A DNA stretch of 64,000 bases from Mytilus trossulus. Taxonomy: Eukaryota. The position numbers were made by a program, and so were the translations under genes. Within the stretch, counting starts at the first letter, position 1. Each line of letters opens with the position of its first letter. The notes below the pieces were generated by a model. The model ran no database searches. It had not been told where the DNA came from and saw only the letters and a list, made by a program, of their open reading frames with translations. The stretch is taken from the NCBI RefSeq assembly GCF_036588685.1, contig NC_086380.1:30008001-30072000 (forward strand), read 5' to 3'. Of the stretch, positions 25,441-38,498 are shown one piece after another.

Positions 25441-28402
25441 TAACACACAAAAGAACTTAAATTGAAAACAATACAAGAAAAACAAAGCCAGAGGTTCCTG
25501 ACTAGAGAGAGTCGCAAAATTGCGATAGGGTTTTAAACATGTTAAATGTTTCAAAGTGAACGTTAAATACAAGCACTTCAGTCGACACTAGGAGTCATCT
25601 TGGCCTGGTAGAATATAAATATTTAATGTGATCATGCAGCCACTATCAAGATGAAGAACTGAAATAAATAACTGTGTTCTTGATAATTTGTATCTTGTTT
25701 AAATGTACTGTGTACGATTTTGTCATATAAATATATGCATATTTACTAGAGAGCCTGTCGCAATTACCGTGATTTTTTGGACAACGGTTGTCTTGCAAGA
25801 AGGACCTGCTTACACTTCTGGAGCACCTGTAGTCGCACCAGTTTTTTTTAAGGGGTCAGTCCGTGTTTCTAATTTGATTTTGGCTTTCACTGTTGAATGG
25901 TGTTGTTTTTCTACATAAATCAGTGTACACCATTCCAACAGTTTTTTTTTAATTATTGTAATAAACAATCATGATGGAAAGAGTAAATCAGCGGTCTCAC
26001 AAAAACAGCCTCCCGGTGAAGTATAGATATGTGAAATAATAGTGATTTATCTTCTGGTTTATGTTACAGAAGGGCACTTAAAGAAAGGCACAGTGCAGGA
26101 AGTGGTATTAAGACTTAGAGATCTCACGAATCCCGACAGAGTCCCGATACAGGTTATATCCCCTTTTGCAATACGGTATCTTACATTTTAAAAAAGGCCC
26201 TCACCTCTGATTTCAATTGACATTATGCTTGAAATATTTGCAACTGTACGTTAGGAAAATAAACAATCAATCAACTGAATTTGAACTTGACTTGTGGTGG
26301 TTTTATTAAAAAAAACCGAGTGAAATCATTACATACATCTGTTACCTGCAAACCTAAGGATATTGCATTGTGCAAACAATAATATTACTATTTCCAATGT
26401 TTTAAATGCTATGAGGTTTATCCCTATCTACATCATCTGGAATCAAAAATTGCAACAATTATTCAAAAGAAAAACTGCTGGCTGTTTCAACCTTGAAAAT
26501 GTTTCCAAACTGATGCGTTAAACTTAAAGAACTAGCAACATCATGTGAAGATTTTCCGAATTTATTAGCTGTCGATTGTTGCTGGCTTTAGCATTCTTCA
26601 GATTATCCATCAGTTTCAGTTTATTCAGTCTGTGTCAGATTGGCGCATGAACCATAACAACACCCAACATTATCTGCAACAGCATCTTAAACAATGCCGA
26701 TTAATTAATCATTAATTGCTAATCAATACTGATTACGGTATTTTGGTTACGTACATTGACATGCTCAGTACTTTTAATGTTGAAAGACGTTTTTTTTCAT
26801 TCTTTAAGAAAACAGCCTTCAAGATAAATGTAAAACATTTATTGTATGGAAGTTGTATGCTATTTAAGCTTTTTTTTTTTAAATATGTTGATTTTTTTTT
26901 GGTACCAACCGTACCGTGTGCTACGCCAGTGTATTTGTTCCACCTAACAGAAGTTCCAGTGGTAACTTTATTATAAACAATGTCATAATACCTGTACCTG
27001 ATGGAACAAATATTCTATACTATTTATTCTGTTAGGTACATCTATTGTAACATTTATTCCTACATGGAAGTAATATTCCTGAATATTTTTCCATTTGGAT
27101 CTTACATTTTGAAGGAACTTCTATTCCGTGACATGGCAAGGCTATTTTAATTTGTCACTAATTGCAGGGGATTTCCCCCATAAAAGAGGGTCTGGATTTG
27201 GGAGGTGTCTGTTATTCTGTAAACATTTAATTTTAACCCCTTTTTTCTCTAATCTTAAAAAAATTAGCCCATTTTTTCTCTAATCTTAATTTTTTTGCCC
27301 GTTATTCTCTAATCTTCATTTTTTAAGGGCATTATTCTTTAATCATATAACCCCATCCAAACCCTCATGAAAGCTCCTAAATGGAAATTTTATAAGAGCA
27401 ATTTTGTCTACAATTTTAAACTAAACAGTTTATTTTACATTTGTAGACAAAATGCATGAAGAAGGCCACCTTGAACTTTAAAGCCATCTTGCAAGCTAAA
27501 CCCCCATGTGCATTTTGAAAAGTAAGCAGGTATGATATGGTCCTCAGACATAAATTAGGGTGAGGGTGAAATCAAATGCTGATTAACTTATGTTGTCAGA
27601 AATTCTGAAAAATAAAAATAAATTCTGGCATTCTCACATGCCGATCACATGATCACATGATCGAGATGATTGACAGCTGCTAGAAACAGTTTATGTTGTT
27701 GGAGGAAAGTGGTATGAACCCAAATGGACACGTCTTACTTTTATACACTCTTTAGGAGCATATAATACAAAACAGAAACTCTTCTGGACATTCCGAAATA
27801 AATAAAGTTTTCTGAGTTATCTCCCTTAATACATTGTAATGCAAATTTTTAAAAACAATCATACATTACAGTGACCTATAAATTTTAATTTCTGTGTCAT
27901 TTTGGTCTCTTGTGGAGAGTTGTCTCATTGACAATCATACCACGTCTTCTTTATTATATATATTTTTGAAACTTTATCTAACGGTTTAATCTCATTTTCT
28001 TTAATGATAAAGTTAAAGGAAAAAACAACATCAACTATTAATGATAAACATCGCGATCATCTTTATAATCATGGTTTATAAATTTGTAATATTATAGTTT
28101 GGTAAAAGCACATACCCCACATCCAAATCATCAGAGGGAAATTTAGGGGGAGGGAGCCTGTGTCCTCTCTTATAAAGAAAAACTTTGATTGAATGTTTAT
28201 GCAATCACTGAAGCATGACTGTAGCAGACATTGGGTAATCATGATCAGTTATCGTAATCAGATGTAATCGATTTCATTTTGCAGTGTAATCCTATGCAAT
28301 CAGTAATCATGCCATTTCTAATTACAAGTTATTGTAATGTAATCGATTACATTGCAAAAAACAGGTGTTATCATTATTACTTTGAGATAACTTTAAGATT
28401 AA

Positions 28403-28982
28403 AGGAGTAGGTCCGGTAAGGACCGATTTTGGCCTCAAATTTCAGGTTCATTTGACAAAAGATTTTAACCACTTTTTAAACACTTAAGTGTCTATTTCAT
28501 TTGAATCAAATTGTTTATGTGAAAGATTTTAACTGATTTAGTCATTAAAAACGATCCGATTCAAACTCAAATATGAAAAATCAACCAAATATGCCAAAAA
28601 ATGTAACTTTTCGGATGGTTTTTGTCAAAAACGAAAGTGGCCGCATCCGTGTTCATCCTCAACCTTTAAATATGTTATGTATTATCATAAAATACAACTT
28701 TCATTTCAATATTAAGGATGAACACGAATGCAGCCACTTTCGTTTTACACGAAAACCGTCTAAAATTTAACTTAAATGCTAGAATTTTGAAGAATTCAGT
28801 AATTTAGCATGACTTTAAGGTGCCATTACCCGATATATGTTCATTGTATAGTCAAAAATAGCCCATATTTATGTAGCAGAAGCACTCTACTGTTCAATAA
28901 ATAATTAAAAGTTTACATTTTATCAATTTTGTAAAACTGCTATATTTTGAGGCCAAAAAGGGCTCTTACCGGACCTACTCCT
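28403..28982 (+). mobile_element. Kolobok-type non-autonomous DNA transposon
   Basis: TIR AGGAGTAGGTCCGGTAAG / CTTACCGGACCTACTCCT; flanked by TTAA (left) and TTAT (right); AG...CT termini. Confidence 0.75.
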
Positions 28983-29585
28983 TTATGTGATTACTTGCTG
29001 ATTACAAATCCTGTATACATCAGTACATATTATTTGCTGATTACAAATCCTGTATACTTCTTGCTAATTACAAATCTTGTATATTTATTTGAAAATAGTT
29101 TTTGATAGACAATATGAAAATAAGAAAATCTAAAGCATAAATGAAAAATCATAAAATTAGTAGGACTTTGTTTAATGTGATAAATTGTATCATCTATATA
29201 TCAAGTTTTGTATAATTAAGTGTTTTATTTTGTTAACAGTTTACTAAAGGAATTTACCTTTCCAATGTTTCGTTGTGAGATTGGGCTCTTATGATACAAG
29301 AATATGCCTTGAAAGCATTTGTTGTTCCTTGATTGAACATTTCTCATGTTTCTGATACTAACTCCAATTTCATATAATTTTGCCCAATATTTTGTCACTG
29401 TAGCCCCCCTCTTAGGATCATCCTTTGATCATCACTTCTCATCAATGTATTTGAATCTAAGCCAATACATCATATAGACTTATAAGAGCCATGAAAATTA
29501 AAGACTCTCAGTATTCATGTTAATAGCTGATAGCCACCATGATCACTTCTCATTAGTGTTACACATATGTATTTAAATCTTTCAG

Positions 29586-32500
29586 GTGAACAATAATCAC
29601 CAACATCCCCATCGTCACCATCCAGTACACCATCATCAACATCCTGTTCACCATTCACCACATAAAGTGACAGTACTGGGAGCAGGTGGAGCTGTAGCTC
29701 AACCATTGTCTCTTCTGCTGAAAAGTTCCTCCAAAGTTGGCAGGCTATGTTTGTACGATATAGTTCACTCACCAGGTGTCGCTGCAGACTTAAGTCACAT
29801 AGATACAAGAACTGTTGTTACTGGTTACCTAGGCACTGAACAGCTGGAGCCCTGTCTGACAAAATCTGATGTTGTACTAATAACAGCTGGAATTCCTAGA
29901 AAACCAGGTAATTAAATGATTAACAAATGGGACAATCGCCAAAATCGCCAAAACACTACACATAAAACTAAGAGTAGAAACTTAGTAAAAAGGCTAGTGA
30001 GGAAATCAGTTAGTGTGACGAGATTCTGCTCTACAAGTCACAGTACTAGTCTTGTCAGGAAAAGTATATATCTGGCAATATAAAATCATATTCTGTGGTA
30101 ATGAATAAGGATCAGAGGACATGATTATGATTTATAGCTTGCCTTATGGTTTGGATGCTATGAAGTTATGATAATGACCTTGAGATAGAAGATAAAGATA
30201 TATTGGATTTATAATTCATTGAAACAGCATCCATTGTATACAGTGAAAAAAAAATACCAGGAGACAAACTGCAGCCTTCAACTACATGTACTACTACATG
30301 CATGGGTGTTTAATGACCTTGACTACCCATGAAATTTCACACAATCAGCAGTCCTCAACAATGAATTAATACTATGTATGTCAAGCTTTTAGTTATCCAG
30401 ATTTCACATCAGTTACACCAGGAGATGTGGTACAATTGTTAATGAGACATGCATCAAAGTCTACAGGCAATTATGTAAAAAAAGGGAAAAGATACCAAAG
30501 AGATATACTCAATTTCAAGTGGAAAACACCCTGAAAGTACCACATGGTAAAAATTGCAAAAGGATCACAAGAACAAACAACAGTATAAGAAAGAAAACAT
30601 AGAAAACTAAAGACTGAGACACAGGAACCTACCAAAATTTGGTGGTGATTTCAGGTGCTCCATAGTGGTAAGAATATGTCATGATGCTCTTTTAGTCTAA
30701 TTAATTAGGTCTTTTAGTAGCTAAATGTAAGTTCAAATGCTTCCTTGTTGTCCCCTTTTCTTTGGAATGATGATCCATTATTTAATTCAAAATTAAGATT
30801 TTTAGTTTTGTAAGTTTGTTGCCTTACAGGGAGACCTACACTTAGACTTAAACTAGAGGCTCTAAAGAGCCTGTGTCGCACACCTTGGTCTATGTGAATA
30901 TTAAACAAAGGACACAGATGGATTCATGACAAAATTGCATTTTGGTGATGGTGATGTGTTTGTACATCTTACTTTACTGAACATTTTTGCTGCTTACAAT
31001 TATCTCTATCTATAATGAACTTGGCCCAGTAGTTTCAGTGGAAGATGTTAGTAAAAATTTACAAATTTTATGAAAATTGTTAAAAAGTTACTATAAAGGA
31101 CAATAACTCCTTAAGGGGTTGATTGACCATTTTGTTCATGTTCACTTATTTTTAGGTCTTACTTTGCTGTACATTATTGCTGTTTACAGTGTATCTCTAT
31201 CTATAATAATATTCAAGATAATAACAAAAAACGGAAAATGTCCATAAAATTACCAATTCAGGTGCAGCAACCTAGCAACAGGTTGTCCGATCAATCTGTA
31301 AATTTCAGAGCAGATGGATCTTGACATGATAAACAAGTAAACCCCAGTCAGATTTGCTCTAAATGCTTTGGTCTTTTTTGTACATAAATTAAACCAAGTT
31401 TTAATTTAATTTTAAATCGAAATTGACAATTCAAATTGTCTGACCTGTTGAGTAATTAAATTATGAAGCCAGTTGGTATGGAATTTTTATTTGTTTATAA
31501 TAATAGTTTGGAGCTTGTGATTAAATGCCAGGTGTGAATTAAAAACACAGGTAAAGAGATTAGCAATCATTAGCCAATAGCTCCCCGAGGCATTAATACA
31601 GTTATTAGGAGGGCCCTCAGGATTAAAACACTTTATTGGAGTGGCAGTTTAATTACAAGAAGTTGATAACAAATCAAAAATATGTTCAAAATGGCGATTT
31701 TGAAAGTCGATCTCAACGAAATGACCGAAATTATTACTGTTGAAAAATAAAATTTGACCTAAATCCCAATTAAAAGTTTAGGACATTATAGTTTCAGTTT
31801 AGGACATGACTGGCAAATATGACTGTTTCCGGACCCTTGCTTTGAGTTATAAGCCACAAACTGCATTTTACCCCTATGTTCTACTTTTAGCCGTGGCTGC
31901 CATCTTGGTCGGATCAGAGACATATATACACATATATGTCTCTGGTTGGATGTCCGGGTCAACAGACACATTTTTTAAACTAAATATCCCAAAGATGATT
32001 GTGGCTAAGTTTGGATTAATTTGGCCCAGTAGTTTGAGATGAGAAGATTTTGTAAAAGATTACTAAGGTTACGAAAAATGTTTTAAAATTGACTATAAAG
32101 GGCAATAACTCCTAAAGTGGTCAACTAATCATTTCGGTCATGTTGACTTATTTGTAGATCTTACTATGCTGAACATTATTGCTGTTTACAGTTTATCTCT
32201 ATCTATAATAGTATTCAAGATAATAACCAAAAACAGCAAAATTTCCTTAAAATGACCAAAATCAGGGGCAGCAACCAAACAAAGGGTTGTCTGATTCATC
32301 TGTAAATTTCAGGGCAGATAGATCTAAATGCTTTGGTTTTAGAGTAATAAGCCAAAACTGCATTTTACCCCATGTTCTATTTTAAGCTGTGACGGCCATC
32401 TTAGTTGTATGGCTGGGTCACTGGACACATTTTTTCAAATAGATACCCCAAAGATGATTGTGGCCAAGTTTGGATTAATTTGGCCCAGTAGTTTCAGAGG

Positions 32501-35500
32501 AGAAGATTTTTGCAACAGATTACTAAGATTTATGAAAAATTGTTAAAAATTTACTATTAAGGGCAATAACTCCTAAAGGGGTCAACTGACCATTTCGGTC
32601 ATGTTGACTTATTTGTAAATCTTACTTTGCTGAACATTATTGCTGTTAACAGTTTATCTCTATCTATAATAATATTCCAGATAATAACCAAAAACAGCAA
32701 AATTTCCTTAAAATTACCAATTTAGGGCAGCAATCAAACAACGGGTTGACAGATTCATCTGAAAATTTCAGGGCATTTAAATCTTGACCTGATAAACAAT
32801 ATACCCCTATGTCAGATTTGCTCTAAATGCTTTGATTTTTGAGTTATAAGCCAAAAACTGCATTTTACCCCTATGTTCTATTTTTAGCCATGGCGGCCAT
32901 CTTGGTTAGTTGGCAAGGTCACTGGACACATTTTTTTTTAAACTAGATACCCCAATGATGATTGTGGCCAAGTTTGGTTTAATTTGGCCAAGTAGTTTCA
33001 GAGGAGAAGATTGTTGTAAAAGTTAATGACGCCGGACCCCAGACGGTGGACGCAAAGTGATGAAAAAAGCTCACTTGGCCCTATGGGCCCTATGGGCCAG
33101 GTGAGCTAAAAAATAAACGTTTTTTTCTTTAAAATAGGTATGACTGAGGATGAACAGTTCAACACAAATGCAGGAATTGTCAAAGATTTAGTGTCTGCCT
33201 GTGCAGAGTTCTGTCCAAAAGCAATGATCTGTATCATTACCAACCCTGTAAGTACAATGAATGTGAAACATGATGTAAGTCAAAAGCTGAAAACAGGCAT
33301 TTAATGTAGTACATGTACAATGTGCTAATATCAGCATGTACCAAAGTTAATTTTAGATAGGAATAAACATGATAAAAGAGATGTTGGAGTATTCAATAAT
33401 GAAATATCTACCTTAAAACACAATAAAACTAAACAAGACATGTATAGGACAACATATGTTCTTCAATGATGTCAAGTTTTTAAAAATGGTTACATTTTAG
33501 ATTGATTGATTGTTGGTTGCTTTACGCCGCATTAGCACAACAAGGCTATATCACAGCGATTCTATTCTCGACAATTTGTACATAACATAGGTATATCTAC
33601 AGGTCTTATCCCAAATTCTTAGAGGTCTTAGAGTAATGTAACTAAAATTGAAAAATAAAGCAAAACACACAATGATTTCTTAATGACAGCATTTTACTAA
33701 AATGCTATTATGTCAAAAAGATTTATGCTATATATTAAATAAATTAATATTAAAAGATAATCTTGCATGTTTTCAACTCTTTAGGTAAATTCAACATTGC
33801 CACTTGCTGCTGAAGTTTTGAAGAAGAAGGGTGTATTTGATGAAAGACGCTTGTTTGGAATGACAGCATTAAACTTATCAAGAGCAAAAACATTTGTGGC
33901 AGATGCAGTGGTAATGACTTTTTAGCTTATCTAAAACTTCTGTCTTTTTCTTTAATATAAATGTTTAAAAAGTGTCAAAATAGGTGCAATTTGGGTACCC
34001 TCATATTTTAAGTAATTTGCAGTGAACCTAGTTTGGAAGACATATTTTTACTTGAACAGTTTTGGTCACACTATTAGCTTTTGAAAAGTAATTAATCAAA
34101 AGAGTTGATATATTTTAAATATTTGTATAGGTTTATAATTCTTTATTTGAATTTTCAATATTGAGATTAATGATTATTATGAGGAGAAATAAATTCATAT
34201 TCAAACATAAGCTTAATTTTTAGGGTTGCAATGTTGCTAAGCTAGTGGTACCAGTTGTGGGAGGAAACAGTGGAATTACTATTGTACCTCTAATATCACA
34301 AAGTATACCTCCTGTAGATTTATCACAGGTAAGTACCAGTCATGTCTCCAAGTTAGTGGTACCAGTTGTTGGAGGGAATAGTGGTACATGTATATCTGTT
34401 GTACCTCTTGTATCACAAAGTTTACCTCCTTTCTGTTAAACACAGGTAAGCACCAGTCATTGTTGTCACTCAACATACCTGATTAATATCTATGGCTACT
34501 AGCAAGGTTGAAACACGGATCTAAAGAAATAAAAATTTGTAAGGGTTCCGCGGAACCCAGTGTCTCGCCTACTTTTGTTGTAAATCACAGGCTCAACAAC
34601 AATGAGGGAAAAAAATCAATAAAAATATTCCTCTTGATACTATCTTTTGATTGTAAGAAGCTTCTGTCTAAGTTTGGTAAAAATCTAGGATAGTTAATTA
34701 ATCTTATAAATGTTTTGAAAATTTTAACTGCAGACTGTATGTAATATTAACTGGAAGAAAATTATAGACCATTTAAAAGTAAAATACAGAAAAAATGGAG
34801 TTATACTTTTACAAAATTTACTTCTGGATACTATCTTATAATAGTCCAAGTTTGGTACAAACCCAGGATAGTTAAAGAAAGTTTTTAAAATTTAACAACT
34901 TTAACCACAGAGTGAATGTAATGTTTCCCTGCAGAAAAACTAAGTCCATTTAAAAGTAAAATACGGAAAAAATGGATTTATTTTTTTACAAAATTTACTT
35001 CTGGATACTATCTTATGATCATAAACAAGCTTCTGTCCAAGTTTGGTACAAACCAAGGATAGTTTAAGAAAGTTATTAAAATTCTAAAAACTTTAACCAC
35101 AGAGTGAATAAAAATTTTCCTCACAGAAAAAACTAAGTCCATTTATAAGTAAAATATGGAAAAAATAGAATTTTATTTTTACAAAATTTACTTCTGGATA
35201 CCATCTTATGATCATACACTAGCTTCTGTCCGAGTTTGGTATGAATCCAGTATAGTTTAAGAAAGTTATTAAAATTTCAAAAACTTAAACCACAGAGTGA
35301 ATATTTGTGGACGACTACGCCGACGGAAAGTAGGATCGCTTAGTCTCGTTTTTTCGACTAAAGTCGAAGGCTCAACAAAAACTGTACGGATGGAGTGTGA
35401 TTGAATTTATTATTTTTTTGTTCAAAAGCCCCTGCAAATCCAAGTTGGTAGTTTATTTTATAATATAGTGTTTTAATTCTTTAAAGAACATTGATGACAT

Positions 35501-38498
35501 ATAGGGATGTTATTTATGTTCTAAATAGGATAAGATCGTTCACCTATATGGTATGGATTGCACTTACTCATGTTCACAAGTGGACCTCATTGTCCAAGTG
35601 GTATTTTAGTTAAAACACATGAAAATAAAGGAATCCACAGTATTTGTCCATATACCTTAAGACATTTTATTCCCTCATAACGGTTCATTAGGAGATTTCT
35701 GGATTTTCAAAAAACTTCTTCTTTCCTGGTATCTAGATTGTTTTTTCTTGTTAGTATAAATGTATACTTTGTTTAAACAATGAACACTCAATTTAATAAC
35801 TTAGCATTGTTTCCCTTTTACCCAGTGTTCTTTAACCATTTTTTATGCCAGGGGAAAGGTAAATATTTAAGGAAACTCCATACATAGAATCTACCATGGA
35901 AGCTACCAGTCATCATATTTGCTGTGTATAATAAATTATAGAACTTTGGCCATTTTTTATTTAGGAAGAAAGAAAGAAAATAATACAGAAACTACAGAAT
36001 GCGGATACAGAGATTATTGAGACAAAAGCTTCAACTGTAAGTGATCTTTAGTAAACTTGTACAAGAAGCACCTTACAATAAACCTTGTGGATACTGTTAA
36101 AAGTTGATCTGAGCTTGAGTTGTTACAATTTTTTTTTTTACAATTACACATCATAAATCTTGATTGTAGAAGAATGCTGTCTGATGCAGTCCAGCACTTG
36201 TTTTATTCAGGGTAGTTATTAAGAAATAATTGGTGCAAGCTATACTTTATTGTAGTTTTAACATAGGTAGGCATTATATTCATGATTATTTTTGCCCGAG
36301 TGATAATGAGGGCTAATATAACACAAATATAATGACTACCCATATTAAAACTACAATAAAGTATAGCTTACATCAATTAAGGACAATTAAGGTAATTTAT
36401 ATGTCTGATGTGTGTAAGTGTAGAATGTTTGTGTAGGCTCTTCCATGAATCTCCTTTTTTTGTTTGCAAACAAGCAAAAGACTGGCAATGTGATTTTTCA
36501 GAGGGATGAGTTTTGAACAGCCAGAATGAACGATTGTCTTATTTAAGTCAAATATGTCAATTTCAACTGCAACACATAACAGTCATAATAAATGACTTGG
36601 TAAACAACATGTGCATCATTTTAAAGGTTGGAAGTGTTTTAAGTAAAATGCATATCAATTTGATAAAAATTCATTACTCTGCAGCAGTCAATATAAGCAT
36701 GTGCCAACAAATATTATTGGATTTAGAGCATGGGTTTATTCACAAAGTGAATGAAGCACATCATATTAGAATGAATGATAATTCAGTCAAACAATTTTTT
36801 TCATGCCAATTTTCAAGATGAAAAACTTGTAGATTTACAAAAAACATCATTAACATCTCGAAATTAACTGGTTGCATTAAGGGGTTTCACAACCCTTTGA
36901 AAATGTAAAAATAGAAGAACAGTATTATATTCTAAAAGATAAGACCTGCTTAAGTGATCTTTTTTTTAAATTTGAAAAATGTGTTTTATTTTTAGCTCAA
37001 ACACAAATTATATTTTTAACAGGGTTCAGCAACTTTGTCTATGGCACATGCAGCCTCCAAGTTCACACTATCTTTGCTAGCAGCAATAGATGGAGAGGAA
37101 GGACAAGTAGAGAATGCCTATGTAAAATCAGAGGAGACCACCTCACCTTACTTGGCAACACCTCTGTTACTAGGAGTAAGTATATGATAATGTAAAGTCA
37201 GAGGAGACAACCTCACCTTACCTGGCAACGCCACTGTTACTAGGAGTTAGTATAGGAGAATGTAAAGTCAGAGGAGACCACCTCACCTTACTTGGCAACA
37301 CCTCTGTTACTAGGAGTAAGTATATGATAATGTAAAGTCAGAGGAGACAACCTCACCTTACCTGGCAACGCCACTGTTACTAGGAGTTAGTATAGGAGAA
37401 TGTAAAGTCAGAGGAGACCACCTCACCTTACTTGGCAACACCTCTGTTACTAGGAGTAAGTATATGATAATGTAAAGTCAGAGGAGACAACCTCACCTTA
37501 CCTGGCAACGCCACTGTTACTAGGAGTTAGTATAGGAGAATGTAAAGTCAGAGGAGACCACCTCACCTTACTTGGCAACACCTCTGTTACTAGGAGTAAG
37601 TATATGATAATGTAAAGTCAGAGGAGACAACCTCACCTTACCTGGCAACGCCACTGTTACTAGGAGTTAGTATAGGAGAATGTAAAGTCAGAGGAGACCA
37701 CCTCACCTTACTTGGCAACACCTCTGTTACTAGGAGTAAGTATATGATAATGTAAAGTCAGAGGAGACAACCTCACCTTACCTGGCAACGCCACTGTTAC
37801 TAGGAGTTAGTATAGGAGAATGTAAAATCAGAGGAGACCACCTCACCTTACTTGGCAACACCTCTGTTACTAGGAGTAAGTATATGATAATGTAAAGTCA
37901 GATGAAACAAAAGCAGTTTAAACATTTAAATATGTGGTTAACCTGTACATATAAAATCCAGGAACATTGGTATTCAATGAATAATAATGAATCCTCAGTA
38001 GCAGAAAAAAGCTGCTATCATGACAACAAAATGAAGAAAGTATTAAGGTTTTATAAAGTTGCAGTAGTCAAAAACCGCTTACATGCCAAAGCTAGTGTTA
38101 CTGAAAGTTAGTATAGGGGAATATACAGTATATATGGAGACAAAAACAGCTATCATGACAATACCTAGGAGTAGGTATACAGGGATTTTAAATCTGAGAA
38201 AGCAACAGAAACAAGAACATGTAAAATAATCAAATAAATAAACCAGTTGTTAGACCAAATAAAAACTTTGTTTCATATATAAACTTAAGTGTGATTTTAT
38301 TTGGAAAAATTCCTGTAATAAAGCTTTCATGCATAGGGCAAATTTAAAGCAGAAATGATTTATTTTCAGGATGAAGGAATAGTAAAGAATCTTGGTATGT
38401 CTAGTTTGGATGAGTCTGAGACAGAACTGGTGAAAGCAGCCCTACCTGAATTAAGCAGACATATTCAAAAAGGAATAGATTATGCTAATAAGTCATAA
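29586..38498 (+). CDS. MDH2-like tandem paralog with His-rich N-terminal insert and substituted active site (predicted pseudoenzyme); exons 2-8, first exon not firmly located (candidate 27506-27529, MCILKSKQ)
   Basis: Exons 29586-29907, 33138-33247, 33785-33910, 34224-34328, 35965-36036, 37023-37175, 38370-38498. Exons 3-8 match MDH2 in length and phase, all GT-AG, no stops or frameshifts. Motifs [43 protein letters not shown]; ends GIDYANKS*. Confidence 0.92.
30851..33113. mobile_element. Helentron-associated non-autonomous element (HINE/pearl-like) with ~460-bp internal tandem units and a nested insertion (~31371-31837)
   Basis: Terminal stem-loop AGGCTCTAAAGAGCCT; other end AGCTCACTTGGCCC..GGGCCAGGTGAGCT followed by an A-run; GACG-type microsatellite remnant ~33028-33052; units begin GGGCAATAACTCC at ~32100 and 32561. 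Confidence 0.75.
34528..35381. mobile_element. Second HINE-like element with ~180-190-bp tandem core repeats
   Basis: Stem-loop GGGTTCCGCGGAACCC near one end and TTCGACTAAAGTCGAA near the other; ACAAAATTTACTTCTGGATAC at 34811, 34988 and 35181. Confidence 0.7.
36227..36379. repeat. Long intronic inverted repeat (hairpin) of probable transposon origin
   Basis: TAATTGGTGCAAGCTATACTTTATTGTAGTTTTAA pairs with TTAAAACTACAATAAAGTATAGCTTACATCAATTA. Confidence 0.75.
37121..37902 (+). repeat. 70-bp tandem array with A/B alternation (140-bp higher-order unit) built from the paralog exon 7 3' end plus donor
   Basis: 11 monomers (6 A with GTAAGT, 5 B with GTTAGT) at exact 70-bp spacing from 37121, plus a partial unit. 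Confidence 0.97.

Noticed and set aside
19300-27400. Short ORFs between the two MDH genes
   Set aside because: No homology I can recognise and no consistent exon chain; the region is mostly AT-rich DNA and repeat fragments.
37121-37902. CRISPR-like regular array
   Set aside because: No unique spacers, eukaryotic context and no cas genes; the units are copies of an exon end.
29586-38498. Second MDH as a haplotype duplication artefact or a simple pseudogene
   Set aside because: It is far too diverged from the first copy to be allelic, and all seven identified exons keep frame, phase and GT-AG sites.
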